IMG/VR virus record: IMGVR_UViG_3300028887_000078
Origin: a virus
Taxonomy: Duplodnaviria; Caudoviricetes
DNA: 64,000 nt
Direction: 5' to 3' (one strand)
Made by a program: the position numbers and the translations under genes
The notes under the pieces: model-generated
What the model was told of the DNA's origin: nothing
The model's input: the letters and a program-made list of their open reading frames with translations, nothing else
The model's database searches: none
Part shown: one piece after another, positions 39,127 to 48,055 of the stretch
Layout of the letters: each line of letters opens with the position of its first letter
Numbering within the stretch: position 1 is the stretch's first letter

Positions 39127-39561
39127 TTATTTATGGGACGACTTTTCTTCAAGCATTTTCCTGTATGCTTCAAGTTCAGTTCCGTCTATTCCGGTCACGT
39201 TAATCTGCATTGCCTTGCACATTGACGTGAACGGGAGGAGTTTTTTCACATAGGTTCCGAGTTTTTTCCAAAAGATTGTGTTCGACGAACCGTATCCACA
39301 CCAACGGTTCATCATCACGATGTCACTGAAGTCGGCGGACGGCACTACATTGAATATATCTTCGAGTTCGTAAGGTATGCTTTCGGCGTCGTATATCACT
39401 CTGACGTTCAAGTACATTTTCGTGTTCCTCATATCAATTCTCATAAGCATCCAACTCGGACATTCCGACAAAGTGGGTTCGATTATGCAAAGGGCGCTTT
39501 CGTCCGCGATTTTCCCGTTGCCTATCATAGTGCCTACGTCCGATTCGCTTATCCTGCTCAT
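39127..39561 (-). CDS. MRITES-tag family hypothetical protein
   Basis: Starts MSRISES at 39561. Confidence 0.85.
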   Translation of the reverse strand: MSRISESDVGTMIGNGKIADESALCIIEPTLSECPSWMLMRIDMRNTKMYLNVRVIYDAESIPYELEDIFNVVPSADFSDIVMMNRWCGYGSSNTIFWKKLGTYVKKLLPFTSMCKAMQINVTGIDGTELEAYRKMLEEKSSHK

Positions 39562-39929
39562 AAATCGTTCACAAGTGTGTCGTACAGTTCCTCCGGCGTC
39601 GCAATCGACACGTCGTTTCCCTTTTCGTCTGTCAGGCAACCGCTTGTGTACTTCTTTCCGAACTCAAGGTCGTATATGAAGTATTGGAGGGTGTTGTTCT
39701 TTTCAGGAAGTTCAAATTCGGACTCAAGCGCGCCGATGAGTTCGTTTTCAAGTTCGGTGTTGTGCAGAAGTCCGAACAGGTCTACGAAGTCCATATCGTT
39801 TCTGAAACGGGAGGTGTTACGGAGCGTGTTCTCAATCCCGTCCTCGATTTCATCCGCGGAGGTTCTCGCCTTTTCAAGCGCCTTTATGATTTTGCAGAAG
39901 GTTTCCTTTTTCATTATTTTCCTTGCCAT
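39558..39929 (-). CDS. Conserved phage hypothetical protein
   Basis: YFIYDLEFGK..TPEELYD motif. Confidence 0.8.
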   Translation of the reverse strand: MARKIMKKETFCKIIKALEKARTSADEIEDGIENTLRNTSRFRNDMDFVDLFGLLHNTELENELIGALESEFELPEKNNTLQYFIYDLEFGKKYTSGCLTDEKGNDVSIATPEELYDTLVNDL

Positions 39930-39992
39930 ATCAGAGTGTATAAAACGTGACACTTTAATATAACAAAAAACACGCCGCTTTTAACAGCATTG

Positions 39993-40448
39993 TCAAAAAA
40001 TCTCATTCCAACCTTCATCGCACCAAGGGTACCATCGGTTCTTTATCGGTATTTTCGCGACCTCGCTTGTGCAGACCGACGCTATCGTGCAGTTTTCAAG
40101 GGACGGGACGTTTTTCCCGATGTATTCCGAAAGGGTGCTGAATATGTCTCCGTTGTAGTTCAGGTTCGACTTGTAATTGTTCGGTTCGGCATTCAGTTTA
40201 TCTATGACGCGCGTTATTTCAGGCGATGTTTTTTCAGTGGCGTATATGACGCAGGTGGTGGCGATTTCACTCAATATGCTCGCCACGATTTCATAAACGG
40301 GTTCCACCTTCGGCGCACCGCTCCCATTGTCCGCATAGTTGTCGAAAATGCAGATGCAGCGGAACGGTTTGCCGTTAAGGAGTTTGTCCATTTTCATCCA
40401 CGCCTTGTTTCGGATGCCTATCTCTATGCAACTTTCACTTATCCTCAT
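39993..40448 (-). CDS. MRITES-tag family hypothetical protein
   Basis: Starts MRISES. Confidence 0.85.
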   Translation of the reverse strand: MRISESCIEIGIRNKAWMKMDKLLNGKPFRCICIFDNYADNGSGAPKVEPVYEIVASILSEIATTCVIYATEKTSPEITRVIDKLNAEPNNYKSNLNYNGDIFSTLSEYIGKNVPSLENCTIASVCTSEVAKIPIKNRWYPWCDEGWNEIF

Positions 40449-40842
40449 TTTCAACCAATTTCACGTCATACACCTCGAAGTCGATGTCCACTATGAACGA
40501 CCTGCAATTACGCGTGATGTAATTCGCCGCGTATTTGAAGAGGGTTTCCCTGCTTTTGCAGTGGTGCTTCTTTATGACCGCATACACATCGAGTATGCAG
40601 TCCAAGCAGGTGGTGCGCATCAACAAAATGTCGGTGAACTCGACCACGACCTTGCTGCGCTTTTCCGCGCCTGTGTCAGCGTCTTTGTATTTGACGTACA
40701 GGTGTATTTCTCCGAAATTGCAATTCTTGCCAGAATACAGTTTTTCCCCGCCGACGCCCAACCAACACTGCACGTCGTCAACGGTCTCCAACACGTCAAC
40801 GTCTATCGAGTTCCTTATGTTGTCGGATTCAGTCAGTCTCAT
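40435..40842 (-). CDS. MRITES-tag paralog (VVVEF/YDV subfamily)
   Basis: Starts MRLTES. Confidence 0.9.
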   Translation of the reverse strand: MRLTESDNIRNSIDVDVLETVDDVQCWLGVGGEKLYSGKNCNFGEIHLYVKYKDADTGAEKRSKVVVEFTDILLMRTTCLDCILDVYAVIKKHHCKSRETLFKYAANYITRNCRSFIVDIDFEVYDVKLVENEDK

Positions 40843-41249
40843 AATAGTTCGATTCGTTTCATTTCAATAACCCTCACGTCATACACTTCGTACTCACACA
40901 TCGACAGAATGCTGTGATGCCGAAGATATATTTCCGCCTGTTTGAGCAGTTGCGTTTTGTTCTCGCTTGTGTCTGATTTCATAAATTCATAATAAGCACC
41001 CAAGACTATGTCTATCAAACTTGTCCGTATTGTCCACCTTGACGAGAACTCAACCACCGCCTTGTACTTTGTTGAGGTGCGCGTTTCACGGATGTAAATG
41101 TGAAGTTCGTTCCACATCTCGTTTGGAGGCACTATGAAAGTGCCAACGCTTGTGCAGTTTATCTTGGAAACGCTTGTGTCGTTTATCGTGGTCAAGGTTT
41201 CCACATTCTCAAGCGGAACGATGTCTGTGTTCGATTCGGTCAGTCTCAT
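40839..41249 (-). CDS. MRITES-tag paralog, recent tandem duplicate
   Basis: Near-identical to 41246..41629. Confidence 0.9.
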   Translation of the reverse strand: MRLTESNTDIVPLENVETLTTINDTSVSKINCTSVGTFIVPPNEMWNELHIYIRETRTSTKYKAVVEFSSRWTIRTSLIDIVLGAYYEFMKSDTSENKTQLLKQAEIYLRHHSILSMCEYEVYDVRVIEMKRIELL

Positions 41250-41629
41250 AGTTCGATTCGTTTCATTTCAATAACCCTCACGTCATATACTTCGTACTCA
41301 CACATCGGCAGAATGCTGTAGTGCCGAAGATATATTTCCGCCTGTTTGAGCAGTTGCGTTTTGTTCTCGCTTGTGTCTGATTTCATAAATTCATCATAGG
41401 CGACCAAGACTATGTCCATCAAACTTGTCCGTAATGCCCACCTTGACGAGAACTCAACCACCGCCTTGTACTTTGTTAAGGTGCGCGTTTCACGGATGTG
41501 AATGTGCAGTTCGTTCAACACCTCGTTTGATGGCACCCTGAAACTGCAAAGTTGTATGTCGTTTATCGTGGTCAGGGTTTCCGCATTATCAAGCGGAACG
41601 ATGTCTGTGTTCGATTCGGTCAGTCTCAT
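41246..41629 (-). CDS. MRITES-tag paralog, recent tandem duplicate
   Basis: Near-identical to 40839..41249. Confidence 0.9.
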   Translation of the reverse strand: MRLTESNTDIVPLDNAETLTTINDIQLCSFRVPSNEVLNELHIHIRETRTLTKYKAVVEFSSRWALRTSLMDIVLVAYDEFMKSDTSENKTQLLKQAEIYLRHYSILPMCEYEVYDVRVIEMKRIEL

Positions 41630-41637
41630 AGTTCTTG

Positions 41638-42003
41638 TTATTTTATGTCGATTTGCGGCAGTTTCACATCATACACTTCAAATTCGTCCCTTACAATGTC
41701 ATAAGTGCGGACATAGTCGCGTGCAATACCCTTCAATGTGCCTTTGGTAATTAAGTTTCGTTCAAACTGTCTGTATGCGTTCAACAAGTTGTCCATTTTT
41801 GACGAGTGCAGCATCCACTCCACTGCATATTGCACGGTTATCCGTTTCCGAACCCCGTCCTTCCTTACATATATCCACGCCTGACGGTACTCCTTCCTGC
41901 CGTTCGCTTTCCCGCCTGTAAGAAGTCCATAGTCATCGAAAACGGTCAGGTCTTCAACATAGTCCGTAAGGTTCTTCAGATTATCGTTTTCCGTTATTCT
42001 CAT
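41638..42003 (-). CDS. MRITES-tag paralog
   Basis: Starts MRITEN. Confidence 0.9.
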   Translation of the reverse strand: MRITENDNLKNLTDYVEDLTVFDDYGLLTGGKANGRKEYRQAWIYVRKDGVRKRITVQYAVEWMLHSSKMDNLLNAYRQFERNLITKGTLKGIARDYVRTYDIVRDEFEVYDVKLPQIDIK

Positions 42004-42018
42004 ATCCTGTTCGGTGTT

Positions 42019-42444
42019 TCAATTTTTGATTATCGTGACGTCCGTGATGGCATTGTATTGTATGTCGAAAAAGTCGGCAAGACCGTTCGTGAACAGATAG
42101 AGCATATAGCGCTGCGCCCAATATGCCCTGTACGAAAGCGTGATGAACATATTGTCAGACACCACTTTTGAGATTCTGTCGCTTATGTAGCGACCGCTTT
42201 TGTCGTCCACGAAACGCACGACCACAATTCCGTGTTTTTCCTTGACGGGTCTGTTCATATCACCAACGACTATCTTGCGTATATGGATATGCACTTCGGA
42301 AAACGTGAGGTTCTCCTTCTTTGCGAACTCCTCCGCGAACCCGTCGCTTTCCCCAAGCAGTATGGCGAGGTCGTTGTATTCCCCGAACATCTCCAATCCT
42401 TCGCTCACGGACTTCATTATGTTGTCGCTTTCCGTTATCCGCAT
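42019..42444 (-). CDS. MRITES-tag paralog
   Basis: Starts MRITES. Confidence 0.9.
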   Translation of the reverse strand: MRITESDNIMKSVSEGLEMFGEYNDLAILLGESDGFAEEFAKKENLTFSEVHIHIRKIVVGDMNRPVKEKHGIVVVRFVDDKSGRYISDRISKVVSDNMFITLSYRAYWAQRYMLYLFTNGLADFFDIQYNAITDVTIIKN

Positions 42445-42866
42445 AATTCGTCCTCCTGTATTTCAACGTCGTAAATACGGAACTCATCAACGTTTTTCAA
42501 CTGCGGCGTATGCTTCAACCAATGCCTGTAGTATCTCGTCGCGCAATATAGTACTTCCGTTATGGGTTTGCCTTTGTGATAGTCATACCAAGACAGCAGT
42601 CTGTTCATCGCGTGTGTCGCATAACTGTTGTGTCTTTCGGTCAGGAACTCAATCTCTATCCTTTTCCTGCCTCTGACCCGTCTGTTGCCCGACGTCATCG
42701 TGCATTCCCCGTAGAAAAACATTTTTCCGAATTTCAGATTGCTTTTGTCCACCCCATACAGTTGACTCAAATCGTCGCCGTACAGGAATTTCAGGTCATT
42801 GAACTTCCCGATGGTCTCTATGCCGTTTGCAAGACTTTTCAGATTGTCGCTTTCGGATATTCTCAT
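42435..42866 (-). CDS. MRITES-tag paralog
   Basis: Starts MRISES at 42866. Confidence 0.9.
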   Translation of the reverse strand: MRISESDNLKSLANGIETIGKFNDLKFLYGDDLSQLYGVDKSNLKFGKMFFYGECTMTSGNRRVRGRKRIEIEFLTERHNSYATHAMNRLLSWYDYHKGKPITEVLYCATRYYRHWLKHTPQLKNVDEFRIYDVEIQEDELCG

Positions 42867-42868
42867 CG

Positions 42869-43267
42869 CTATATGATTTTCACGTCGGTAAGTTTCACAA
42901 GACTTGTCGCGATTGGGAAATTGGTGCACCACATATAGGTGCGCACCGACATTTCAAGGTCTTTGTTTGTCACGACGTCAGGGTTTTTTTCATAACGCTC
43001 AAATACATTGTCGAGCGCGGCGGTCATCCACCTACCGTTGTGGTTACGGACAAAGAACACCGTGTACCTGAACGGTACGGAATACCCGTCATCCCTTCCG
43101 CCCCGTGCAAGACCCCGTATTTCCAATATGGAGGTGTCGAGTATTTCCATATATTCCTTGACCCGTTTGCGGTCGTTTCCGAGAAGGGGCGCTATGTCCC
43201 AATACTCATAGTGCAGGGTGTTGTCCCCGGCGATGTCCATTGTGGTTCTGTTTTCGCTTATTCTCAT
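42869..43267 (-). CDS. MRITES-tag paralog
   Basis: Starts MRISEN. Confidence 0.9.
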   Translation of the reverse strand: MRISENRTTMDIAGDNTLHYEYWDIAPLLGNDRKRVKEYMEILDTSILEIRGLARGGRDDGYSVPFRYTVFFVRNHNGRWMTAALDNVFERYEKNPDVVTNKDLEMSVRTYMWCTNFPIATSLVKLTDVKII

Positions 43268-43275
43268 TTTCCTGT

Positions 43276-43704
43276 CTATTCAAAGTTGAAGTCATACACG
43301 CAGAAGGACACTATGCCCTTGAAACTCAAATCATACATCAGCATATTCCTGACATACAAATCCAACGCGTTCATCAATTTTGCATTGTTTTTGGAGTTTT
43401 CCTTTATGTATTCGTCATAGTTCCGTATGACGTTTTCCATTGCCGTTGAAGTGAGCATCCCGAACTCGTTTATGAACTTGACCACGACCTTTCCCGTCGT
43501 CTGTCGCCGCACACCGCCCACCGTCTCGGTGCATTTGCCGTAGATTGTGAGTATGGAATAGCAGTCGCACAAACCAATACTCCTGTCGAATGCGTCCTCG
43601 TTGCTTTTTGTCACGCCGTGCAGGATGTGGCAGTCGTTCAGCACCGCGACGGTCTTCGGTTCTCCGAGCAGTTCCTTTGTGTTTTCGGATTCCGTGAGTC
43701 GCAT
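43276..43704 (-). CDS. MRITES-tag paralog
   Basis: Starts MRLTES. Confidence 0.9.
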   Translation of the reverse strand: MRLTESENTKELLGEPKTVAVLNDCHILHGVTKSNEDAFDRSIGLCDCYSILTIYGKCTETVGGVRRQTTGKVVVKFINEFGMLTSTAMENVIRNYDEYIKENSKNNAKLMNALDLYVRNMLMYDLSFKGIVSFCVYDFNFE

Positions 43705-43712
43705 ATCTTAAA

Positions 43713-44114
43713 TCAATTTTCAAGTGAACTTCGCCATTCGCCCCGCTTTATGACACTTCTGACGCCTTTCGGCGCGGGTCTCCCATTTCTAACACGTTTC
43801 TTGAGTTTCGGCATCACCTTTCTTTTCAACCATTCCTTGTAACCATCGCTCAAGTTTTCGTCACGGATGTCCTTTTCGGCGCTCTTCTTGTCGATAGTCC
43901 AAGTCCCGTCCGTCGGTTCGTCCCAATCCTCGCCTTTCGGAGGTTTGTATTCCACGACGTGCTCGTCGATTTCATCGGCGTCGTACTTGGCAAGCGCATT
44001 GCGGAGAATGTGGTTGTTTTTGTTGGAAACACGGCGGCGCTTGTTTTTGTAGTATTTTGTGTTGTTGCCGCAGCAAACGCCCACCTTGACGTATTTTCTG
44101 TAACTCTTTGACAT
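43713..44114 (-). CDS. Basic hypothetical protein
   Basis: Start MSKSYRK at 44114. Confidence 0.8.
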   Translation of the reverse strand: MSKSYRKYVKVGVCCGNNTKYYKNKRRRVSNKNNHILRNALAKYDADEIDEHVVEYKPPKGEDWDEPTDGTWTIDKKSAEKDIRDENLSDGYKEWLKRKVMPKLKKRVRNGRPAPKGVRSVIKRGEWRSSLEN

Positions 44115-44131
44115 TGTTTTGCTGTTTATGT

Positions 44132-44848
44132 TTATCTGTATTTCGCCGCCTGCTTGTGTATGCTTTTCGCATAGTCCCCAGTTTCCGAATACACATTGTC
44201 GAGCATATTCAGATACTCGTCGATTGAAGGTTTCCCGTTCCTGTCCCTGAACATCCATTTCTCCCACAGTATCCTGTCGATGACGCTCGTTTTCCAATTT
44301 TGGTATTCCGCATAGGGTTCCTTCTTGTTCCACCTGTTTATGTCGCACCGCAATTCCCTTTTTTCTGGTTTCTTCATCCCGAACAGGTTGTTGCACCGCT
44401 TCGCGACGTCGCTTTTGCCGCACCCCGACTCCCTCACCGCCTGCATCATAATGATGTCAGGGTACCAAGGGTCGCACTCCTGTATGAACTTCCAAATGTT
44501 GTCGTGCGTGCATTTCTCGCATTTGGAGGAGCAGAACACTTCCGCGCAGATTACACTGAATTTGTCGCACCTGACGACCTCGTTGAGTTCGGATATGCAG
44601 GAATCGCATTTCCGTTCGGCAAGCGCAACGCACATTTCCTTTTCCTCGTTCGCATTTGAAATCGCGACCGCGTTGCTGATTGACAATGCGCCCGTGATTA
44701 TGGGTATTGCGAGCACGAGGACAAACACTGCCAACTTCAGGTACGGTATCCCGCCGACCCATCCGATGTTTTTCTCGTCAAGTTTGACCTTCTTCACTAT
44801 CAGAAGGTCGCTCGCCCTCATCATATAGTATTCGTTCGATTTTTTCAT
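44132..44848 (-). CDS. Membrane-anchored glucosaminidase (GH73-like peptidoglycan hydrolase)
   Basis: QAVRESG.G.S...NNLFGMK motif; N-terminal TM helix; early-type promoter at about 44858. Confidence 0.8.
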   Translation of the reverse strand: MKKSNEYYMMRASDLLIVKKVKLDEKNIGWVGGIPYLKLAVFVLVLAIPIITGALSISNAVAISNANEEKEMCVALAERKCDSCISELNEVVRCDKFSVICAEVFCSSKCEKCTHDNIWKFIQECDPWYPDIIMMQAVRESGCGKSDVAKRCNNLFGMKKPEKRELRCDINRWNKKEPYAEYQNWKTSVIDRILWEKWMFRDRNGKPSIDEYLNMLDNVYSETGDYAKSIHKQAAKYR

Positions 44849-45036
44849 AGTTTTCTTTTATTGAATATAATGGAAAGAAAACAAACATTGTAACTTGTTG
44901 TTTCTGTTGGTGTTGTAGGAAAAATCTCAAAATTCTAATTATATCAGTAATATGCGGTGTCCGTTATGGATTTCAGGGGTGATATATCGCCGATATATTT
45001 CTTATAAATATACTGATGAATAAATTGGATTGGTCT

Positions 45037-45522
45037 ATGGCGAATATCAAATCTTATGAGGAATACAAGAGGGAGATTGGTCTCCAAAAGGAACGCATAG
45101 GTATGTCAGACACGTTGAGGGTCGAACTTCCGTTGTGTTATTTCGGTTGCCTGTTTGTCGGCGACACTGATTGGACTATATTGAACGACAACGACGGATA
45201 TGTGTATGGAAAGGTAAACAAGCATTTCAGCGACAACGGTATGCCCCAAATCATCTGGGACATCGACATAAACAAAGGCGAGATAAAAGGTTGGAAGGGA
45301 AATGGGGTTTCGTTCTATTTCAAGGTTGTCGACAGAGGAATCTATTCCCTTTTGTCGGATGGCGTTGAGGTGAAGCGTGTTGAAAACGAATATGTACCCG
45401 ACTTCTTGCAGATTGACGACGAGGGATATGGCGACTATCTCTGTTTCACGGTTGATTCAAACGGACGCATCAAAGGTTGGAACAGGAAGTATGCCAACGC
45501 TGTGCTTTCGTTTTTCAAATAG
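45037..45522 (+). CDS. Late hypothetical protein with MANIKSYEEY leader
   Basis: TATAAATA at 45003; YVPDFL..GYGDY motif. Confidence 0.8.
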   Translation: MANIKSYEEYKREIGLQKERIGMSDTLRVELPLCYFGCLFVGDTDWTILNDNDGYVYGKVNKHFSDNGMPQIIWDIDINKGEIKGWKGNGVSFYFKVVDRGIYSLLSDGVEVKRVENEYVPDFLQIDDEGYGDYLCFTVDSNGRIKGWNRKYANAVLSFFK

Positions 45523-45524
45523 TT

Positions 45525-46427
45525 TCAGGAAAGAAGTCTTTTGAGTTTCACTCTGAACTTGATTTGCGGGTGGAGTTTAATCCACTGCATATTCCCCATT
45601 TTTAGTTTTACAATGACAGACCTGTCGCTTCCCTGCTGTGCGGTTACATTGATTTTGTTTTCGCATCCTTTTGTGGACAATGAGTCTGTGGCATACTCGA
45701 ACTTTGTGTTGTCGAACACCACAGGTTCGTTTTCAATGTAGATGTATTCTGTGAATATGGTGTAGTCCGACGGGTTTGCGGCGACTATCGCGTAGGTGTG
45801 GTTTTTGTGGTCGTTTGCGACGTGTATGCTCTTGGTCAGCGTGATTATGATTTCATTGCCGTTTCCATCTTTTTTCCACACTTCGTATTTTTTGTGCAGT
45901 TCCCCTTCGGTTCCTTCTTCAAGCACGGACTTCAGCAGGTTCGAGAACCCTGTGTTCTGTGTGTTGGCGCTGAACAGTATGTTGCCGTTCACCGCGTTTG
46001 AGAAAGCAAAGACGCGCCCTATGGGTGTTTCATACCATTTTTCATCCTGTGTTATGTTTTGCATCGCGAGTGACTTCAGGTCGTTTGTGAACAGGTTGGT
46101 GTTGTCGTCCCCGTATTCTCCGAGCGACCAATCGCTCTCTATTTTCATTTCCCAATAGTCGCCGTCGTCAATTTCCTCCCATTCGCCTGTCTGTATGTCG
46201 TTGTATATGCCTTCCCTTGTGTTGCGTATGAGTGCGAACGGTATGTAGTTGTAGAGGGTGGACTGCAACCATTGCAGTTGTTCCTCCCCGCTTCCTTCCC
46301 TGCATTCCGTATATTCATTTTTCCACTCTGTGCAGTCATAGGGACGGAAGGCAATGACGAGCGTGCATTTGAGCGTTTCGTCTGCATATTCGTATTTTAC
46401 CTTGAAATCCGCGCTTGTCTTTTGCAT
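45525..46427 (-). CDS. Hypothetical protein, probably structural
   Basis: Downstream of the collagen-like gene in a late operon. Confidence 0.8.
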   Translation of the reverse strand: MQKTSADFKVKYEYADETLKCTLVIAFRPYDCTEWKNEYTECREGSGEEQLQWLQSTLYNYIPFALIRNTREGIYNDIQTGEWEEIDDGDYWEMKIESDWSLGEYGDDNTNLFTNDLKSLAMQNITQDEKWYETPIGRVFAFSNAVNGNILFSANTQNTGFSNLLKSVLEEGTEGELHKKYEVWKKDGNGNEIIITLTKSIHVANDHKNHTYAIVAANPSDYTIFTEYIYIENEPVVFDNTKFEYATDSLSTKGCENKINVTAQQGSDRSVIVKLKMGNMQWIKLHPQIKFRVKLKRLLS

Positions 46428-46441
46428 ATTTCAGAAATGGG

Positions 46442-48040
46442 TTATTGGTTGCTGATTACATCGAACGGCACATAGAGTTTCGCCGCTATGAGTATGTAGT
46501 TGCCCATAGTTGCGTCGAAGAAATCGTAATGGACGCTCAAGTGCCTGTTGTATGCCGCGGGTTCGAGTGAGAGTGTGTTTCCGCTTATTGATATTTCCGA
46601 CGGGAGGTTCTCGTCAACATAGATTATGATGTTGTCATTCCACACTTCATAGAGAAGGTCTTCAAAGTTTATGGTAAACTCGTTATTCAAGGGTATGAAT
46701 TGGTTGAGTGTGTCGCTTATCTTGCATTTGTCGCAACCGCATCCGCAGCCGCAACCGCCGCCACGTCCGCCTTCATAACCGCGTGGTCCCTGTATCCCCT
46801 GCAAGGCGGCGATGAACATATCAACTGTCCCCTGTATGCCTTGCACTGCCTGCGTGTATTCATACCATATATCGTATGTCGATTTGCCGATACCCCCCTG
46901 AACGCCCTGTAATCCTTGTATTCCCTCGAAACCCCGCACTCCTTGGAATCCTTGCAGACCGTTAAGCCCTGTCATACCCATTTGTCCTTGCAGACCCATT
47001 ATGCCTTGAAGCCCGAACATTCCCTGAATGCCCTGAAAGCCCTGTATGCCGATTTCGCCTTGTATGCCTTGAAGTCCGAACCCGTCGTTGCCCTGAATGC
47101 CCTGAACACCCTGTGAGCCTTCTGCGCCCTGAATGCCCTGAACACCCTGCGCGGCGTATTCACCAGGTATTCCCTGTTCACCCTGAATGCCTTGCAGACC
47201 GAAGTTACCCTGTACACCCTGCGTGCCCTGTGTGCCTTGATAAATGACGAAATGTTGGTTCGGGTCGTCGGGGTTTATCACCATCGCCTCACCCTTTACT
47301 CCTTGTATTCCGTTGTTTCCTTGAATGCCGCGTATTCCTTGCAGACCGATAATTCCCTGAATGCCTTGCAGACCGCAATCGCCCTGAAGTCCGTCAGTTC
47401 CCTGAACGCCTTGGAATATGTGGAACGACTGTTCCGTGGACTGCACATACACGGTCGCCTCGCCGCTGACGCCCTGTATTCCCATTATTCCCTGCAATCC
47501 CCTGTCGCCGATTCCGCCTGCCCAACCTTGTGTGCCTCGGTTTCCCTGCACACCCTGTATGCCGCAGCATCCCTGAATGCCAGCAAGACCTTGCAGACCG
47601 TATCCGACCGCACCCTGCGAACCCTGCATACCGCGTTCGCCACGTTCTCCGTTTCCGCCTCTGTAACCCTGTATTCCCTGCAATCCCTGAATGCCGTTTG
47701 TCCCCTGCACACCCTGAACCGCGACACCTCCGCCGCCTGTCCCCTGCAAGGAGTTTCCGATTCCAATCCATCCGTCGTCGACGTCTGGCACTACTCCGTA
47801 CAGGTAGTCGTTGGGCGATATGATTGGCGCAGGAACCATATTGTTCGGGTTGTAGTACATATACAATTCAAATGTGGGCGGAAGGGTCGACTCGTTGACA
47901 ATGTAAACGATGTCCTGACTGTAGTAGTAACGGTCAGGGTTCCAGGGGTTGGCGACCTTCTTGAAATTGGTGTCGACCTCCGAGTGTGTGAGTTCGCGTC
48001 CGACCTCCGTTCTGAATTTTATAAGTTCCTGCAAGTTCAT
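46442..48040 (-). CDS. Collagen-like (Gly-X-Gln) fibre protein
   Basis: Long QG[ILV]QG triplet runs; N-terminal RELTHSEVDTNF. Confidence 0.85.
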   Translation of the reverse strand: MNLQELIKFRTEVGRELTHSEVDTNFKKVANPWNPDRYYYSQDIVYIVNESTLPPTFELYMYYNPNNMVPAPIISPNDYLYGVVPDVDDGWIGIGNSLQGTGGGGVAVQGVQGTNGIQGLQGIQGYRGGNGERGERGMQGSQGAVGYGLQGLAGIQGCCGIQGVQGNRGTQGWAGGIGDRGLQGIMGIQGVSGEATVYVQSTEQSFHIFQGVQGTDGLQGDCGLQGIQGIIGLQGIRGIQGNNGIQGVKGEAMVINPDDPNQHFVIYQGTQGTQGVQGNFGLQGIQGEQGIPGEYAAQGVQGIQGAEGSQGVQGIQGNDGFGLQGIQGEIGIQGFQGIQGMFGLQGIMGLQGQMGMTGLNGLQGFQGVRGFEGIQGLQGVQGGIGKSTYDIWYEYTQAVQGIQGTVDMFIAALQGIQGPRGYEGGRGGGCGCGCGCDKCKISDTLNQFIPLNNEFTINFEDLLYEVWNDNIIIYVDENLPSEISISGNTLSLEPAAYNRHLSVHYDFFDATMGNYILIAAKLYVPFDVISNQ

Positions 48041-48055
48041 TCGGCGTTAATTGTT

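Noticed and set aside
40839-41629. Diversity-generating retroelement template/variable repeat pair
   Set aside because: Both copies are full ORFs, differences are not confined to adenines and include an indel, and no reverse transcriptase is in the window.
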